Assembly (NCBI GenBank): GCA_028534125.1
Contig: JAPYYK010000105.1
Span: 868,001-932,000, forward strand
Direction: 5' to 3'
DNA length: 64,000 bases
DNA from: Lama glama
Taxonomy: Eukaryota
The position numbers were made by a program, and so were the translations under genes. The notes beneath the pieces are model-generated. The model searched no databases. It was not told the DNA's origin and saw only the letters and a program-made list of their open reading frames with translations. Below are positions 36,491 through 50,945 of this stretch, in pieces; positions within the stretch are counted from its first letter, which is position 1; each line of letters begins with the position of its first letter.

Positions 36491-39400
36491 CAGCCTCACT
36501 CCACAGCCCCACATCCTTACATGCATGTGGCGGGAACAGGAAGTGCCAGGGTTCTGCTGATTCTCAGATGATGTTCATTTTAACATGGGTGTATGCAAAT
36601 TTTATTTTAAAATTCCTCTTTGCATCACTATTTTACCTGACTGTGTCAATAAAAGATAAAGAGCATCAGATTGAGCCACATCACACTGTACTTTAAACTG
36701 TCNNNNNNNNNNNNNNNNNNNNNNNNNNNNNNNNNNNNNNNNNNNNNNNNNNNNNNNNNNNNNNNNNNNNNNNNNNNNNNNNNNNNNNNNNNNNNNNNNN
36801 NNNNNNNNNNNNNNNNNNNNNNNNNNNNNNNNNNNNNNNNNNNNNNNNNNNNNNNNNNNNNNNNNNTGACAGAATGTGTGTGGAAATAGACGTAGGACCA
36901 GCCTCATACAGGGACGTTTACTTCAGTGATGCCAGAAGAATTAGCTACAGTGACTGTATTGTTTAATCCAAAATTGTAGCACATGGTCTCACCAAAGATT
37001 TGGAGGTCGTTTCTGGATATGAGAGGCAGTCCTGGAGATATAGTTTCGATGCCTAAATGTGGGTTACTTCCATGACAACGGGACAAAAATATAACAAAAT
37101 GAAATCAAACTTATCTGGAAAACCCAGCCCCTGTGTTCTCTGGCCTGGCCCCAGTAACAGTACATACACAGAATTATGTAACATATTTTGTGCTGCCTTC
37201 ACTGCTCAATAAAACCATTACAGTAAATAGTGGTGGTAGACTATGAAAAGGTAAATTCCAATAGCTTATACAATACACAACATAAACTTTTAGATGAGAC
37301 AGTAATTCACGAGGTTCCCCAACAGAGTGCTGAACTTCCAAATTGACCAGTCTTCCAGAATTTCAGTGAGATGGTCATCAACTCAGGCATTGCCCTTTTG
37401 CTTCTAAACTGGATTTTCATCTCTGACTGTTTAGTAAACAATACAGATCATTGTCTTGGGGTGGAGAAAGAGGCAGTCCATAAACAAAGTAAAGCAATTT
37501 TTCAGACCCACTTTTTCTTTTCTGTGCTTGTCGTGGGTGATTAAATCATGACTTCAAAGGAAAGATCGCCTGGATATGATTTAATCCTACCCAGTTGTAT
37601 CATCTTTATGAATGTAAGTGACAGATGAAGGTGGGGACTCAGAAGGAGTGACACTTTGAGCATCTTCTGAGAATAGCAGCAACTTTTAGGTCAGAGAGGA
37701 CCTCAGAGGTAGGCTGATGACATGGTTGTCCAGTGGAGCTCCACAGGGTCCAGTGTTCCTTGGAAGCGCAAGACAGGAAAGGGTGGGGACCAAGCCATCA
37801 AGCATCCCAGTCCTTCTCCATGCCAACCAGCATAGCTCCCCCGCTTCCGTGTGTTATATAGACTAGAGCTTCTGAAAGGTTCTTCTTCTTCTTCTTTTTT
37901 TTTTTTTTTTGAACAAAAGGGAGGTTCTGAAAAACCAACTGATTTGCCCAAGAGCCACAGCAGGTCAGTGCAGACCTGGAGCCCCCTTCTCCGCCCCACC
38001 CCACCCCCAGTCCACTGCCTCTTCCATCCTACCACCATGATGCACCCTAGACGAATAGCTGGTTCCACCCACAGACGGAATGGCACTGCATGGCTGGGGG
38101 TCACCCTTACCTGGTGCAGGTGATACAACATGCCAGGGCCCGGGGCTGTGGGGGACCCACGCAGCTCTGACCAGGGAGCAGCACTACCTGTCACCAGCAT
38201 AGAATACTGCAACTGAAGCAACAACCCCCTAGCCACTTGTCCCCACAGTGCAGCCATTGCCTGAGGATGGAGAGTAAGGAAGACAGGGTTGGGAGAAGCA
38301 GGCAGAGGGAGGGATGGAGGAAGAAGGGTTCCAGGACGGCTGCCTCTGCTCAGAGCACGGTCGATTCTAGCTTTGAGAGCCCATAACTGGCCTCACCCAT
38401 GTACTCGGTTGCCCAGGAGTCATGGATGTCTCTCGGATCCCCTGGTGGGTCAGGCAGCACCAGGGGCTGCAGCCCACCCACTGGCTGGTCCTGGTCCAGT
38501 CACACATCCCCAAAGGGAGCTCCCACATGCCCTCATTCCCACTGAGCAGCTCAGCTTGGTTCGGAGCCAGTTCCCTGCTTGGAGCAGCAAGACAGGTCAT
38601 TGTATAACAGTAAACCTCACTATTAATTTGAAACTATTCAATTTTAAGGAAACAGGATAGCTTGCCTACTGTTCCGATTTGTTAATTCTCAAAAAGCAAA
38701 AAGACAAAGCCAGGCTGGACCCAGTGAAGGGTTTTGTTTTTACATTGTTTTCCATGAATAAATCGACTCAGGAAAACAAACCAATTCATTTTCTTCTGGG
38801 GTCCATGACTAACTCAGAATCAAACAGAACTAAAAGTATTTTTACTCATTCATTTATATTCATTTCTCATCCAACTAGTACCATAGATGGTCAAATATAT
38901 TTATATTAGAAAATAAGACTAATAGCAAAGGGAAAAAAAAGACCCTGAGCTCTGGATCAACAAAGACAGAACGTGTTAAAAAAAAAAAAAAAAGGTCACT
39001 GTGTCCTGCAGTGGCAGCAGGTATCCTAAATCCACTCCCTGGCTGCTCCATCCCACTCTCTGCTCCCCATCCTGGCTAGAATGCAGAGAAAGCCATATAT
39101 CCTCTGCCTCTGAATTATAAAGAACGTGCTGGCAGTTGAGTTTCCCGCCAGATTATTCCAGGACATGACATGAAATGCTTTTTTAAAAGGGAATGATTTG
39201 TAATCCAATAGTATAATTTAAATAAATTGGGTTAATGCTTGGTTCCAATGTTCATGGTTGGTTAATTTGGTTAATTTGATCCGAGTGTCATTTTGATGAA
39301 ATTGCATTTGATGTAGCTCTTTCCGGTATAAATTGTTAATGTGCGTTAACATATACGACGATAAAATTATTGACTCTTCTCATTCACTTAAAGGTGGCCT

Positions 39401-40859
39401 TGGAAGAAAATGGTTTGGAAAGTATTACTTGTGCAATAATGATTTGCCCTTGGAGTTCATAAATGGAAGTGTAATAGAGCAAGTGATTTAGCTAGTACTA
39501 CTGAAAATGGTTTTTACAGCTACAAAATAATGCTAATAAACTACTATTATTTTGATACAGTACTTAGGGGAACACACCAAAATATTTTAGAATTCTATCA
39601 GGTGTAAGGCTAAGAGATTTTTTTCAGACCCTTTACATATATATTTCTACATATAGTTAATATATTTATATTGAATTCCCTCATATCCTACCTAGTTTTA
39701 TTTCATCTCATTTTATTCTCCCAAAGGATAGTTTTGAACTAACAAAGTAAAGATGCTTCATTACACTGTCTACTTCGTTTTTTCATAAATATTTACAATA
39801 TAAAATATTTTGAAGCACAATACTACAGATTAGGGAAGTATCATGGGAACTAAAAATGAATAAATTGAATAAATTTCAGCAATTTTAAAACAGTACACGA
39901 ATCCATTAAGGGACGACACTGAATTTCATGTTTATGAACATTTCAGAAAACATTTAAAGTTTTTTTTAATTCATTTCCATCATTAAAAAGCTATAAGACC
40001 TCTTATTTCTAGATTTAAGGGAATGATCCCAAAAGAGTATTTAAAATAAGCCGTCTTGTCTTTCTAGATCCCTCGTCCAGGTGGCTCTCCAGCCCAGCTA
40101 AACTTCACCTGTGACACACTGGCCTATAATTATTGCTCCCAATCTCAATTGCTGACTGCTCTCTCTCTCTCTTTTTAAAAGATGCTTTGCAGAAGCTAGA
40201 CAGCAGAAAAATGGTAGTTTGAATCGGGATTGCTGGCGGCTGCTGAGGGACCATCTTGCCAGTTGGCTACTTTGTCATGTTCCTCATCAGTTTGCATATC
40301 ACAAAAACCTCAAGAAGTTGTTTGAGGCATGAAAAATAGTTTACTCTTTATCAGCTCTCTACGATTGAGAAAGAACTTATTTAAATGCAAGGAAAATATT
40401 GGTCTAAAGTACGCAGATTAGTTTGTCTTTTCATGAAGACAGTCAGTGTATTAAGTAGAGCTTGCTGTTTCTTCCCCAGAGCAGTTCATTCAGTAAGGGC
40501 AAATGCTTGGGACTTTTCCTCTCCTCCCATCTGGGATTACAGTATAGTTTCACGTGTTGTTAATAGGAATCCCATATGCTATAATCATGCAAATACGAAC
40601 ACACTGAGTCTGATTCTATTACATTAGTGAGCCTTATACAATCTCCTGATGTGAAATTGTTTATGTCTCAATTATCTCAAGACCAGTTAGTTTCCAGTGA
40701 CTCACCTGGTGCTGAAAGTCATCTAAATTTTTCAATATGAATTCTTACTCAATTACAAAGCACTAGAGCTTTTTCTCTTTACTGGTGTACTCATTTCTAG
40801 GCTAATTCCCAAATGATGTTTGTTAAGACGTTAAATTAAGATGACACTTTCTGTTTCCA

Positions 40860-42480
40860 GTTCTCAATCATGGACTCTGAGCACATGAGCGTTCCTCCTC
40901 TGGAGCCCACAGAAATAGTGGTAAAGAAGTGCAAAGAAAATAAACACTTCACTGCCAAGGGGCAGGGGCTGGTGATGGTCATCAGCAGATGGGAGATTTC
41001 AGCCAATTTCTGGACGATTGAAAGTACATAGGGACATGTGGACAACATCACAGTAAGAGCCACAGCTAAGAGTAAAGCAGGTGGGAGCTGCCCTGAAGGT
41101 GGGCAGGGTGAGAAATCGAGAGTCACTGAAGGTCATCTCCAGAACAGCTCAGTGAATTGGCCTCTCTCCCTGCCCTCCTCCTAGTAGAGGTTCTAGCAAT
41201 CTGCCATGTACCCTCCAAACTAACGAGCTGAGGTTTCTTTTCTAAAGAAATCGAACAACTGCAGGGCTTGTCTAGAATTTGGAGGATGGGTATGGCTCTA
41301 CCAAGTAAAACTCCCTCACTCTGGCTTTTGGGGGCTCCCAGTTCCTAACTGGGCATCCTAAGGTGATGCCTGCTAGTTGGCGTGCCCTATGCATGTACCC
41401 AGAGGTCTCATGCCTACCAAACAATAGCTGAGGAAAGCTTGTCTACCCACCTTTAATAAGAGCCCTTGCCTTTCATTCTTAAATATGAATTCATGACCGA
41501 AGATCACCAGACATTTAGGAAAAACCAACATGAAAAAAAATGAAAATAAATAAATAGGACAACTGACTGAATAAAATAATTTAGAGAAAGAAGATGACAT
41601 AAACACATCCCAGCTAGTTTCAGAGAGATGGGAAGACATGGTGCATTCATAAAAGAACAGGATGCTGTGAAAAAAGAATGATCAGAGAACAAGAAACAGC
41701 TCTTGGAAATTAATAATATGATCCCCAAAATTAAAAATTAAAAGGACTGAGAAATGGAAGGAAAAGAATAAGAGATTTAGGGAAGCAATCCAGGAGATCC
41801 AAACCCTGGTTTACAGGCAGCCCAGTAAGAGACAAGTAAAGGGAGAAGTGGGAGAAATAAAGAGGTGGGAAATAAACAAATACATAACAGGGAAAGAATT
41901 CTGCGAGTTATGAAGAGTCTTCAGATTGAGCAATTTATCACAAAGTGCTGAGCAGACGGAAAGGAAGGAGGGACCCACACCTAGACACATCCTTGTGAAA
42001 TTTTAGAACATACAGAGAAAATTTTAAAGCTTGGGAGGATGGGGCCACCAAACTTCTCTGTAACACTGGATGCCAAAAACGATGGATCAATGGTTTCAAA
42101 ATGCTGAAGCAAAATGATTTTGATGCTGGAAATTTTGAGGCTAGAAACTGCACCAAATGATAATCCAAAGATCATTCAATAAAGACCATTAACTTTGTAT
42201 AAGAAAACAAAGTTTACTTCTCCGTACTGTTTCTGAAGAGTTACTGTTTTTGAGAGTGGGGCAAATAACAGGAAAACAAGGGAGGAAGCCAAGAAAGAGG
42301 AAGTCGTGGCATCAGGGATGAGCTGGGAAGACATTTCCAGGATGACCCAGAGGTAAAACACTCTACACTGGAGCCCAGGTCAGAGGGCTCCAGGAACAAT
42401 GTGTCTGGGCAAAAAGTGGCCCCTGCAAAGAACACTGTGACTGAGAAGCTGGGTGATTTTTAGAATATGGTAAAGGCACA
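40860..42480 (+). mobile_element. Ancient L1 5' UTR/ORF1-like remnant (L1ME/HAL1-like)
   Basis: 'aagatcaccagacatttaggaaaa', 'cccacacctagacacatccttgtgaaattttagaaca', A-rich coding-strand bias. Confidence 0.6.
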
Positions 42481-42512
42481 TTTCTCTTTCATCAGCAAGA
42501 CAAAGGAAAGTA

Positions 42513-43127
42513 CAGTCGGCGCTCATAATTCACAGAGTCCATATTTGCGAACTCGCCTACTCGCCAAAATTGATTTGTAACCCAAAGCCAATGCTCGTGG
42601 CGCTTTTGCAGTCATTCCACGCACAGAGCAGGAAAAAGCTGGCCCACCCATTGTGCACCTTCCCAGCCGAGGTCAAACAAGGCCACACTCTCTGCCTTCT
42701 TGTGTCATCTCCCACCCTGCACACGACAGTCCTTTTAGTGGTCTATTTTTCACATCTTTGTGCTTTCTGTTAGTGATTTCACTGTTTAAAATGCCCCCAA
42801 GTGTAGTCTTCAAGTGCTGTCGAATGTTGCTAAGCACGAGGAGGCTGAGATGTGCCTCATGGAGAAAATATGTGTTCAAGCAAGAGTTTTGGTGCTGCTG
42901 GCTGTGAGTTCGATGTTAATGAATCAACCAGTCATGTTAAATAAGGTGTCTTTAAACAGAAACACACATCAAACGAGGTTGTGCATTGATCCGTTAATGA
43001 AAATATTGTGACAGAGGCTCACAGCAACCTGACCCTGTTTCCCCAGGTATAGTTGTTCCGTATTCATTAATTCAGCGTCCTGGCTACTTTTTAGAACAGA
43101 ACTGCTGTGCATAACAAGGATCGTCTG
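42513..43127 (+). mobile_element. Near full-length MER82-like Tigger-family DNA element
   Basis: Starts TA|cagtcggcgctcataattc, ends gatcgtctg|TA (degenerate TIRs, TA TSDs); internal 'tttaaacagaaacacacatcaaacgaggttgtgcattgatc' matches MER82 as recalled. Confidence 0.8.
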
Positions 43128-43133
43128 TAATTA

Positions 43134-43206
43134 CAGACGTACTTTATTTTATTGAGCTTTGCAGATATTGTCCTTTTTTATATACAAAGCGAAGATTTGT
43201 GGCAGC
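43134..43206 (+). mobile_element. Tigger1 5' end, running into a gap
   Basis: TA|cagacgtactttattttattgagctttgcagatattg...aagatttgtggcagc resembles the Tigger1 left end. Confidence 0.7.
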
Positions 43207-46200
43207 NNNNNNNNNNNNNNNNNNNNNNNNNNNNNNNNNNNNNNNNNNNNNNNNNNNNNNNNNNNNNNNNNNNNNNNNNNNNNNNNNNNNNNNNNNNNNN
43301 NNNNNNNNNNNNNNNNNNNNNNNNNNNNNNNNNNNNNNNNNNNNNNNNNNNNNNNNNNNNNNNNNNNNNNNNNNNNNNNNNNNNNNNNNNNNNNNNNNNN
43401 NNNNNNNNNNNNNNNNNNNNNNNNNNNNNNNNNNNNNNNNNNNNNNNNNNNNNNNNNNNNNNNNNNNNNNNNNNNNNNNNNNNNNNNNNNNNNNNNNNNN
43501 NNNNNNNNNNNNNNNNNNNCATTTTACTGGGGTGTTCTGGAGCTGTACCCACAGTGTCTCCAAGGCATGCCTGTAGTAACTTGGTCAAGTGGGGGAGGCT
43601 CTCCAAGAAAGACGTGATCCAAATGGGAAGCCAAGTTAAATGTGGGATGATTTTGAACAACAAGTTTTCAGAACCAAGAGAATCCACTTCTTGATACTAA
43701 GACAAAAGGGTCCTAGTGTTGGACCACAGAGAAGGAAGTGTGAAGCTAGCATCCCACTCAGCTCCGAAGGGAACAACGTTTACAAAGTCTTAATCATATA
43801 GATGCTGTGCATTGGCATTTAACTTTCACAATTAAACCTAGGGACAAAATGTGGGAGATTTCGTTGTGATTACAGAACAAAATACAAATGTTACAAGTCG
43901 GGATAGTGGAAAGTATAGAAGTTAGAGGTGGAAGTAGGGAGGTGTAGTCGGGAGGAGAGGGCCAGGGAAGGACGCAGGAGCACACAGCCCCATCTTACAT
44001 GACAGCGGCTCAGCAGACAGTACCTGAAGGTGGTGGAGTCAGAAATAGGGATTGACATGTATTATTTAAAGTTTTCAAGGCAAACAGTGGAGAAATTAAA
44101 ATAATACATTTTTTCACCTTTTTGCTTTGCTTTACTAGGTGCAAATATTAGATTTAAAGATAAATTCAAATTTTAAAATAACTTCTTTAACTTTCTTGTT
44201 TTCCTGGCCTCGGGGTGACCCTGAGCTCGTCGTAATGATATGTTTAAGCTTGTGTAAGTTCACAGAGAACTTAGGATCTCCACCATTGTTTCGCAGAGCC
44301 TCCAAGGCCAGAAGAAATGCCTTCCATCCCATTTATTAAGTGGTAGGTCCCAACAATTTAATAAGTGTTTCTGTCCAAACAATTTCACAGCTGTTTGAAA
44401 AAATAATAATACATGAATTAGAAGAACAGAGAATATTTGCATCCCATTCTTAAATAACTATGGTGAATTACAAAGAGGATGTATACACCTGTTGGGCACT
44501 ACACAGCTTCTCCAATCTTGGAATCCAGTTGGACACCACCACTCAAATTTTCTGTTCCATGTTGATTTTCACCTGGCACTTGCTTTTAACCACAGCAACA
44601 GCCAAAACCTCAAACTTTGCAAAGTAATGGCATTACCAAAAGGAACAGTACAATCTACCGTGAACCACAAGGAGCTGGTAGTTGTGGGGACCAGCAGAGG
44701 TCGACCATCACTGTATTTCACTTGAAAGCTTAAACATCCACTGCTGTGTCCCAGGTCCCTTGGCACACAGTTTGGGAACTGTGGCTCTAGCATCTGTCTA
44801 AAACTTTATTATGATCTGTCACGCAACTTCATTGGAAAATATTTGAGGACAAGGGCCATGTCTATTCCACAGCATCTAATGTAGTTTCTTATTCGATAAA
44901 TGCTCCATAAATACTGTCTTTCATTTAATCTATGATGTCATAGATTGCAAGATGCATACTGATTTCTAGAGATAGTAAAATTTTTTTTAAAGTACATCAT
45001 AAAATCAATGAAATACAGTAGTTATTTGAATAGGCTGGTGTGAGTTTATTGCCCATGTCTGAGTCAGTGCTGCAATTTAATATTTACCCTTGCGATATCT
45101 GTAAAAACCTAATTTCATCGGTGTTCTTATGGGCTTAAAACCCAAACATAAAAATAAATCCCAAAACAACAGAGGCCGATATACCCGCTTCCCCAGCACA
45201 CACAAAACCAGTGGTCTCCCAACTGCTGGGCTCCTGGTGATGAAAGGGAGTGAGCAGGCGACACCGCCTTCTCCCAGCTTCTTCCCTGAGTTTCGAGTTT
45301 ATTTTCCTGTTCCTCCCATCACCACCACTTAACGTGCTTAGAACTCTCCTATTCACTTTGCGAGTAATTATGAGAATTTACACCTTGGCTGTACCTTGGT
45401 CTTGCAGATATGGAAGGACGGGTATATTGTGGACCTAGGTTGTATCCCATCTGGTTCTCAGTTCCTCCTAAGTTCCCCACATAGTCTGTATGACTACTGG
45501 AAGAGCTTCATCCAGCCGTATTCTTTCTTCAAACCTATAAACAAACATCAGGTACTATAGTCCTTAAGCTTTGCCTAATTAGAACAAAACTTGTTTTAGA
45601 GCAGAAGGTAAATAAATGTAAACATTTAAATATCAGTCTGATGGAAACAAATTTCACATTGCAATAGTTCTTTTCTCTTTCGATGAGTGGCCCTATGCAA
45701 AGATTCAAAATCACAGAAAGTAGGTAAAACCCATTCAAAATGTTTAACTCCTGATTTCCCAAGATTGCATAGAGTCAGGGGAAGGGCTGGCCTGGAAAAG
45801 AAGGAAGTTAGGGGTTATCATTTTCACCACTCCAGGCAGATTCCAGCACGGGCTGGGGGGCAGGTGGGCTTTAGGAAGCAGGGTCTTCTTTCGAGGGGTC
45901 CAAGGAGGCACAGCACTGCCTCCCACCCATGGTTCTGGCAGGTGTGACATGTTGGCTCCTGTGAGCCTCCTCTGCTGCCCTGAAGGGTCCGCGGAGGTGG
46001 TCTGATTCTTCCAATGTGCAGGGGTCTCCCAGTCCTCAGGGCCGGGAGTCAGGCACCCAGCTGCTTGCACTCAGCAGGATGTCTGAAAAGATGGGTCCCC
46101 AGGCACCAAGAAAGCTCCGGTTCTACTAAAGCACATGAAACAGTCGGTCTCAGGCCTAGGCTTCAAATGGCGCTGCATCCACAGCTCTTTCTAAGGCCCT

Positions 46201-48514
46201 AACCTAGAGGCAAGTCTGGAAGAAAAAGAAAGAAAGTCCTATAACAAAGTGCTGTGCTGGGGGTGATTCCTGAATATTACCGTTTACAGTATTCAGCGCG
46301 CGTCTTCTTCCATTTGCTCTAACCCTGGCTTTCCTTTCTTGGCTGTTTTATCTTCATGAACGTGTTAGGCATCAACCCCCTCAAGTCCCCTGTTTTCCCT
46401 CTAGGGCCAGCCCTGATTTCCAAGTTTCAGGGCAATTTGTAACTCCGCTCGGCTGACATTGGGAAAGTCCCTGGGTGGCTTTATCCTACACTCCTGGTCT
46501 TCCCCTGTCTGTTTTCATTTGAGAAAAACGTATTGGAGATGGGGGGACCAGGCGGCTCGCTCTTGCGGTGTCCGTACTCCCTGGGGTTTCTCTCTGCAGG
46601 AGAGATGATGACCATCCAGCGCGCATCGCATCCACAGAGCGTGTCCATCCTGTGACGGGCTTTGCAGGTGGTTTCCTCAGCAACCAGACCTCTAATCCTC
46701 CCCTCCCCCCACTTACCAGTAACTGCAGAAAAGCACATACTTGGCTTTGTGGCGACACCAGTACTGACATATCTTTCTACGCCCGCACAGGCTCTTACCT
46801 CTTTAGAACTCACTTCTTAAAGAGATTAAGCTTCTTTTCCAGAACCATTGAAGGTGCATTTCCAAAAGTTGGAATGTTTAAGACCAGAGAGATTTTCAGG
46901 CTCAATCAGTCACCTCCCTGTTTTACAGCTGAGGCCCACATAAGTGACACCCAGCGCTCACACAGCTGGTCCTTACAGGTGGGACCACGCCCAGGGCTTC
47001 CTGCCTGGCCCCAAGCTCTTTCCACTGTACCAGGGGCCACCTCCCTTCTGAACACCACCACCAGCTAGCCAACATGTGCCATGTAGCTGTCCCTGAGAAC
47101 AGGGACCCTTTAACGCTGCTGTACGTGTCCCCTGTCCCCCGGGACAGGGCTGACCACCAGCGGATATTCTGTACAGTTTCTGACTCCTGACCTAAGTTTT
47201 TTCAGCATGAATTGATGGTTATAATCCTAATATGCAGCTGCTTGCTTCATCAAAGAGAGAATAGCTGTAAATGGATTTATGAGAGTTCACAGCAAAAGCG
47301 CAGAAATGTGCAAGTTCTAAAAACGGTGTTACTGGTTTATCCCTATGCCTTGCTGTGAAAGGGATCATGTTCTTAGGCTATTTGCTCATCTTTGCCTGTA
47401 CTTAACTTTGATGAATATCTACATCTCTTGGTGGTAAAATGAAACATAAAATAAGAGTGTAGTAAGTACATATGAGCATCCAAAAATAATTTATGTGAAG
47501 TATGTAGTAAAATGCCTCCAACCTGAATCATTCGCCTCAGGGATAAGAGGGTGTTGAGAATAGGGTTTGTTGCTAATTCCCTAGCTTTTATAAAACACTC
47601 CTCAGTCATATGGAGTAATTGGATGCTTTGGAAAATTAAACTCTGTGTTCATTCTTCCATTCAGACTAAATAAATCCCAGGTTTGAATCATTCCTATCAG
47701 CCATGTGTTTATTTAGCATTTTCTCCCATAATATTTCTACCCATTTTCTTAGGCCTCTTCCTTGCCATCTTGGCTGTTGGTAAGCTCACTTAGCCAAAAT
47801 CTGAGATGGCTGCATCAACAGATAGAACCAATTTTAATTAATTTTTGATTTTCTCATTTTCCACCCCCAAAGAAAATGGCCACTGGGACTGATGTTGCCC
47901 TTGAGCCAGAGAGCTTTAATTCATTAACATATTTCCTAGAACTTTTCTGTTTCCTTTTCTTTGCTCATCTGTCCTTTGTAATTTACTTTTATTTATTCTA
48001 GCTTCGATTCCCTTTTTGGTGACAATACTCCCTCCAAAAACAGGTTAAGCTCTCTTACAATTCTCTGAATCACTTTTAGCTTACAAAGACTTTTTCAGAA
48101 GTATATAATTATTTTATCTTCACACAAAAGATAGCTTCCTGAAATAATAGTGACGTATACATGTCTCTCAGTGAATTACACTGAAGTCACCTCTTTGTGC
48201 TAATTCTGAAGTTTCTCCCCCAAATCAGCCTGGGTTCCTCAGCCCAAGGAGCAAAAGCTTGGGTTGCCTTATGGCTTTTAATTTGCTGTGCTTGCTTACT
48301 CTGCATTAGCATGTTCAATAAAAATGAGTCTTCTGGCATGTTTCTGTTTTTAAGAATGCTACATTATTGGAGAATTGAGAAAAGTGTTTCCAACTGACAA
48401 GTGTACATCAAATCTGAGTTGTTGGTCAAAGCTAACCATGACGATAGGTGTGTCCATATCAAGTTTGTACTGTGTATTAAAAGAGGCAGAAGCAAATTAG
48501 GGCAAAGAGGAACC

Positions 48515-48905
48515 ATATTAGTTTTCTTATTGCTGCTATTACCAATTACCCCCAAATTTAGTAGCTTAAAGCCATACAGATTTCTTCTCCTACAGTTCTG
48601 GAGGTCAGAAGTCCAAAGTCACTTTCAATGGGCTAAAACGAAGGTGTCAGCAGGGCTGGTTCCTTCGGGAGGTTCTGCAAGGAGAATCCATTTCCTCCTG
48701 TCATCCTGTCACTGCTTTCATCTCCAGCCTCCCTCTTAAAAGGACCCTTGCAATTACATTAGGCCCACCCAGATGATCCAGGATCATCGCCCCCATCTTA
48801 AGATCCTTTGCTTAATCACATCTCCAAGGTCTCTTTTGCCATGCAAGTCACAGATTCACAGGTTCTGGAGATGATGAAGTGGACCTCTTTGGAGGCTGAC
48901 TACAG
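48515..48905 (-). mobile_element. MaLR LTR (MLT1B/C/D-like)
   Basis: 'tacagttctggaggtcagaagtccaaa...aaggtgtcagcagggctggttccttc...cttaatcacatctccaaggtc'. Confidence 0.8.
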
Positions 48906-49156
48906 GACTGTGAGCTCTTTCTCTCCTGACAGTTTTGTGGTCTTTCCTACTGAGAGCTTGATGGGGCGGGGAGTTGTTTTGGGGTCGGCCTGCCGGTGCC
49001 CAGCTCCCCGCCCACCCACAGCACCCTGTAGGGCCAGCCCGGTCTCAGCTGCCTCCCCAGGCCCTTCAGGTGTGTCACCTGGGCTCTAGGGCCGCGCCAC
49101 CATTCCCAAGATGTCAGCCAGTCGCCCTTCCTCACCCCACCATCTTTCCTTTCCAG

Positions 49157-49215
49157 CACTGACTTAGTGCCAGGAGGCCACCGTGTCAGCAAGCTGAGAG
49201 GGAAACTGAGGCAAG
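49157..49215 (+). other. MACROH2A2: 5' UTR part of MACROH2A2 exon 2
   Basis: Acceptor catctttcctttccAG ends at 49156, 59 nt before the ATG. Confidence 0.75.
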
Positions 49216-49387
49216 ATGTCGGGCCGGAGCGGGAAGAAGAAAATGTCCAAGCTGTCACGTTCAGCCAGGGCTGGGGTCATCTTCCCGGTGGGGAGGCTGA
49301 TGCGTTACCTGAAGAAAGGGACGTTCAAGTACCGAATCAGCGTGGGTGCTCCCGTCTACATGGCCGCAGTCATCGAATACCTGGCAG
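49216..49387 (+). CDS. MACROH2A2: Core histone macroH2A.2, first coding exon (exon 2)
   Basis: [57 protein letters not shown]; 172 nt; donor G|gtaatg (phase 1). Confidence 0.98.
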
Positions 49388-50714
49388 GTAATGTGACCCC
49401 ACAGGCAGGTGACCCACTCCCAAATCCCCCCCTCCCTCTGTGTGGCCCTCCTCACACAGGCTGCGCAAGGAAGCTTTGATTCACCCTGTGGCTGTCTCAA
49501 GGCCACTGTGGGCAGTGATGGGGGTTCAGCGTGGCTACTTGGCTAAAACCAACTCCTGAAGGCTTTACAGGAGGGAAGAGGGCATAGAAACAGAGGATCA
49601 ACAAGGAGGGAAGAGAGTCCACAATAAAGTGGCCTTTCTAGACCAGCCCCAAAGAAAGTGTGTCTTGCCGTAGACAAATGGAACATGTAAATTTCTGGGT
49701 TCCCGCAGAAGACAAACTATGGGGAAGATGGGGCTTGCTGTCATTTCGCAGCAGGGGTCTCCACCTTTACCTGTGTCCCCACTAAACATCAGTTCTCCTG
49801 CTGTTTTGAAACTGGGACTCAACATCCATAAACAATGCTGACCCCGGCACCAAAGGCATCGGCAGCTGCTCTGTGAGGCCTGTAACGTTCTAACTTGACT
49901 CCCCCTCATAGAGATGGTTCTCCGTCTACAGTGGGTGCATAGGAAATTGTTTCCTATATTAGTTGTTAAAATTATTTTTTTGCTAAAAGATGACATTGTT
50001 GCGGTGTATGTTCTTTATATAGTTGGGTAGCTTTCTATTTAAGCTTCTTTGTTGTTGCTGTCCTATGTCTTTGTTAAACAGAAACCGAACTTCACAATAC
50101 AGAGGCTACTTTTAAATATATGTATCTACACACAGATATAAAATATGTAAGAATAAAAATGTATAAAGAAATGTGATTAGTTCCTTGAGGGGTCATTTTT
50201 AGCCATGAGCAACAAGTCTCTGACTTTGCCCAAGGTTAACAAATTCCTCAGACACCAGGATTAAATCCTGGGTAAGTCCACGGGGTAAAAAGCAAGCCTC
50301 CCCAAGCTGTGTACCTGGGAAGCTGAGCCCCCTGCAGCCACAGCATGAAGACCCCCGGGGGCATGGCTGGACCCAGTCTCTGTCCCCAGATCGCTCTCTC
50401 CCTCCTGTTTCTCCCTCAAGAGCGGCCGCTGCCGCCTCTTTAGCTGCTGGGCCCTGTTCTGTCCTCTTGGTCCTCCCTGCTCACCCAGCAGCACGTGCCA
50501 ATGAGAGGTTTGCGTGATCCGCCTTCTCCCCCTGCGCTTCCGTCAGGCAGACCTCAGCATCTTGAGTCTTTCTCTTGTGAAATGAAAGGCTGGTTCTTGG
50601 GCTAGAAGGTTTTCAGGAGGATCCTTCAGGAGGTTGGAGAGAAGGGCTGAGGAGCCCTGAAAGTCAAACCAATCAAGTGCTGTGGAGCAGTCCTTTTCAA
50701 GTAGAGATCATTCC

Positions 50715-50945
50715 AGGGATCTTGTCAACAAGGTCAGGGGTGGGGCCTGAGATTCTGCGTTTGTAACACGCTCCCAAGTGATGCTGACACCGCTGGCCCA
50801 GGGGCCTCGGGGAGGAGCAAGATTGCAGGCAGTCTTTCAGCTGCAAGTCTAAGGCCTGGAGGACGCTTGTTTAAAATGCAAGTTCCTGGCTGCACGCCGG
50901 GGGTCTGATCCACTGGGTCTGGAATTGGATCCAGGAATCTGAAGG
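50715..50945. mobile_element. MER5-like hAT remnants
   Basis: 'ggggtggggcctgagattctgcgtttgtaacacgctcccaagtgatgctga' MER5A-like; a similar piece lies at about 53000-53140. Confidence 0.65.

Noticed and set aside
40155-40310. Pyrimidine tract plus AG as an alternative 5' UTR exon
   Set aside because: No convincing donor site found; the (CT)n run may be a simple repeat.
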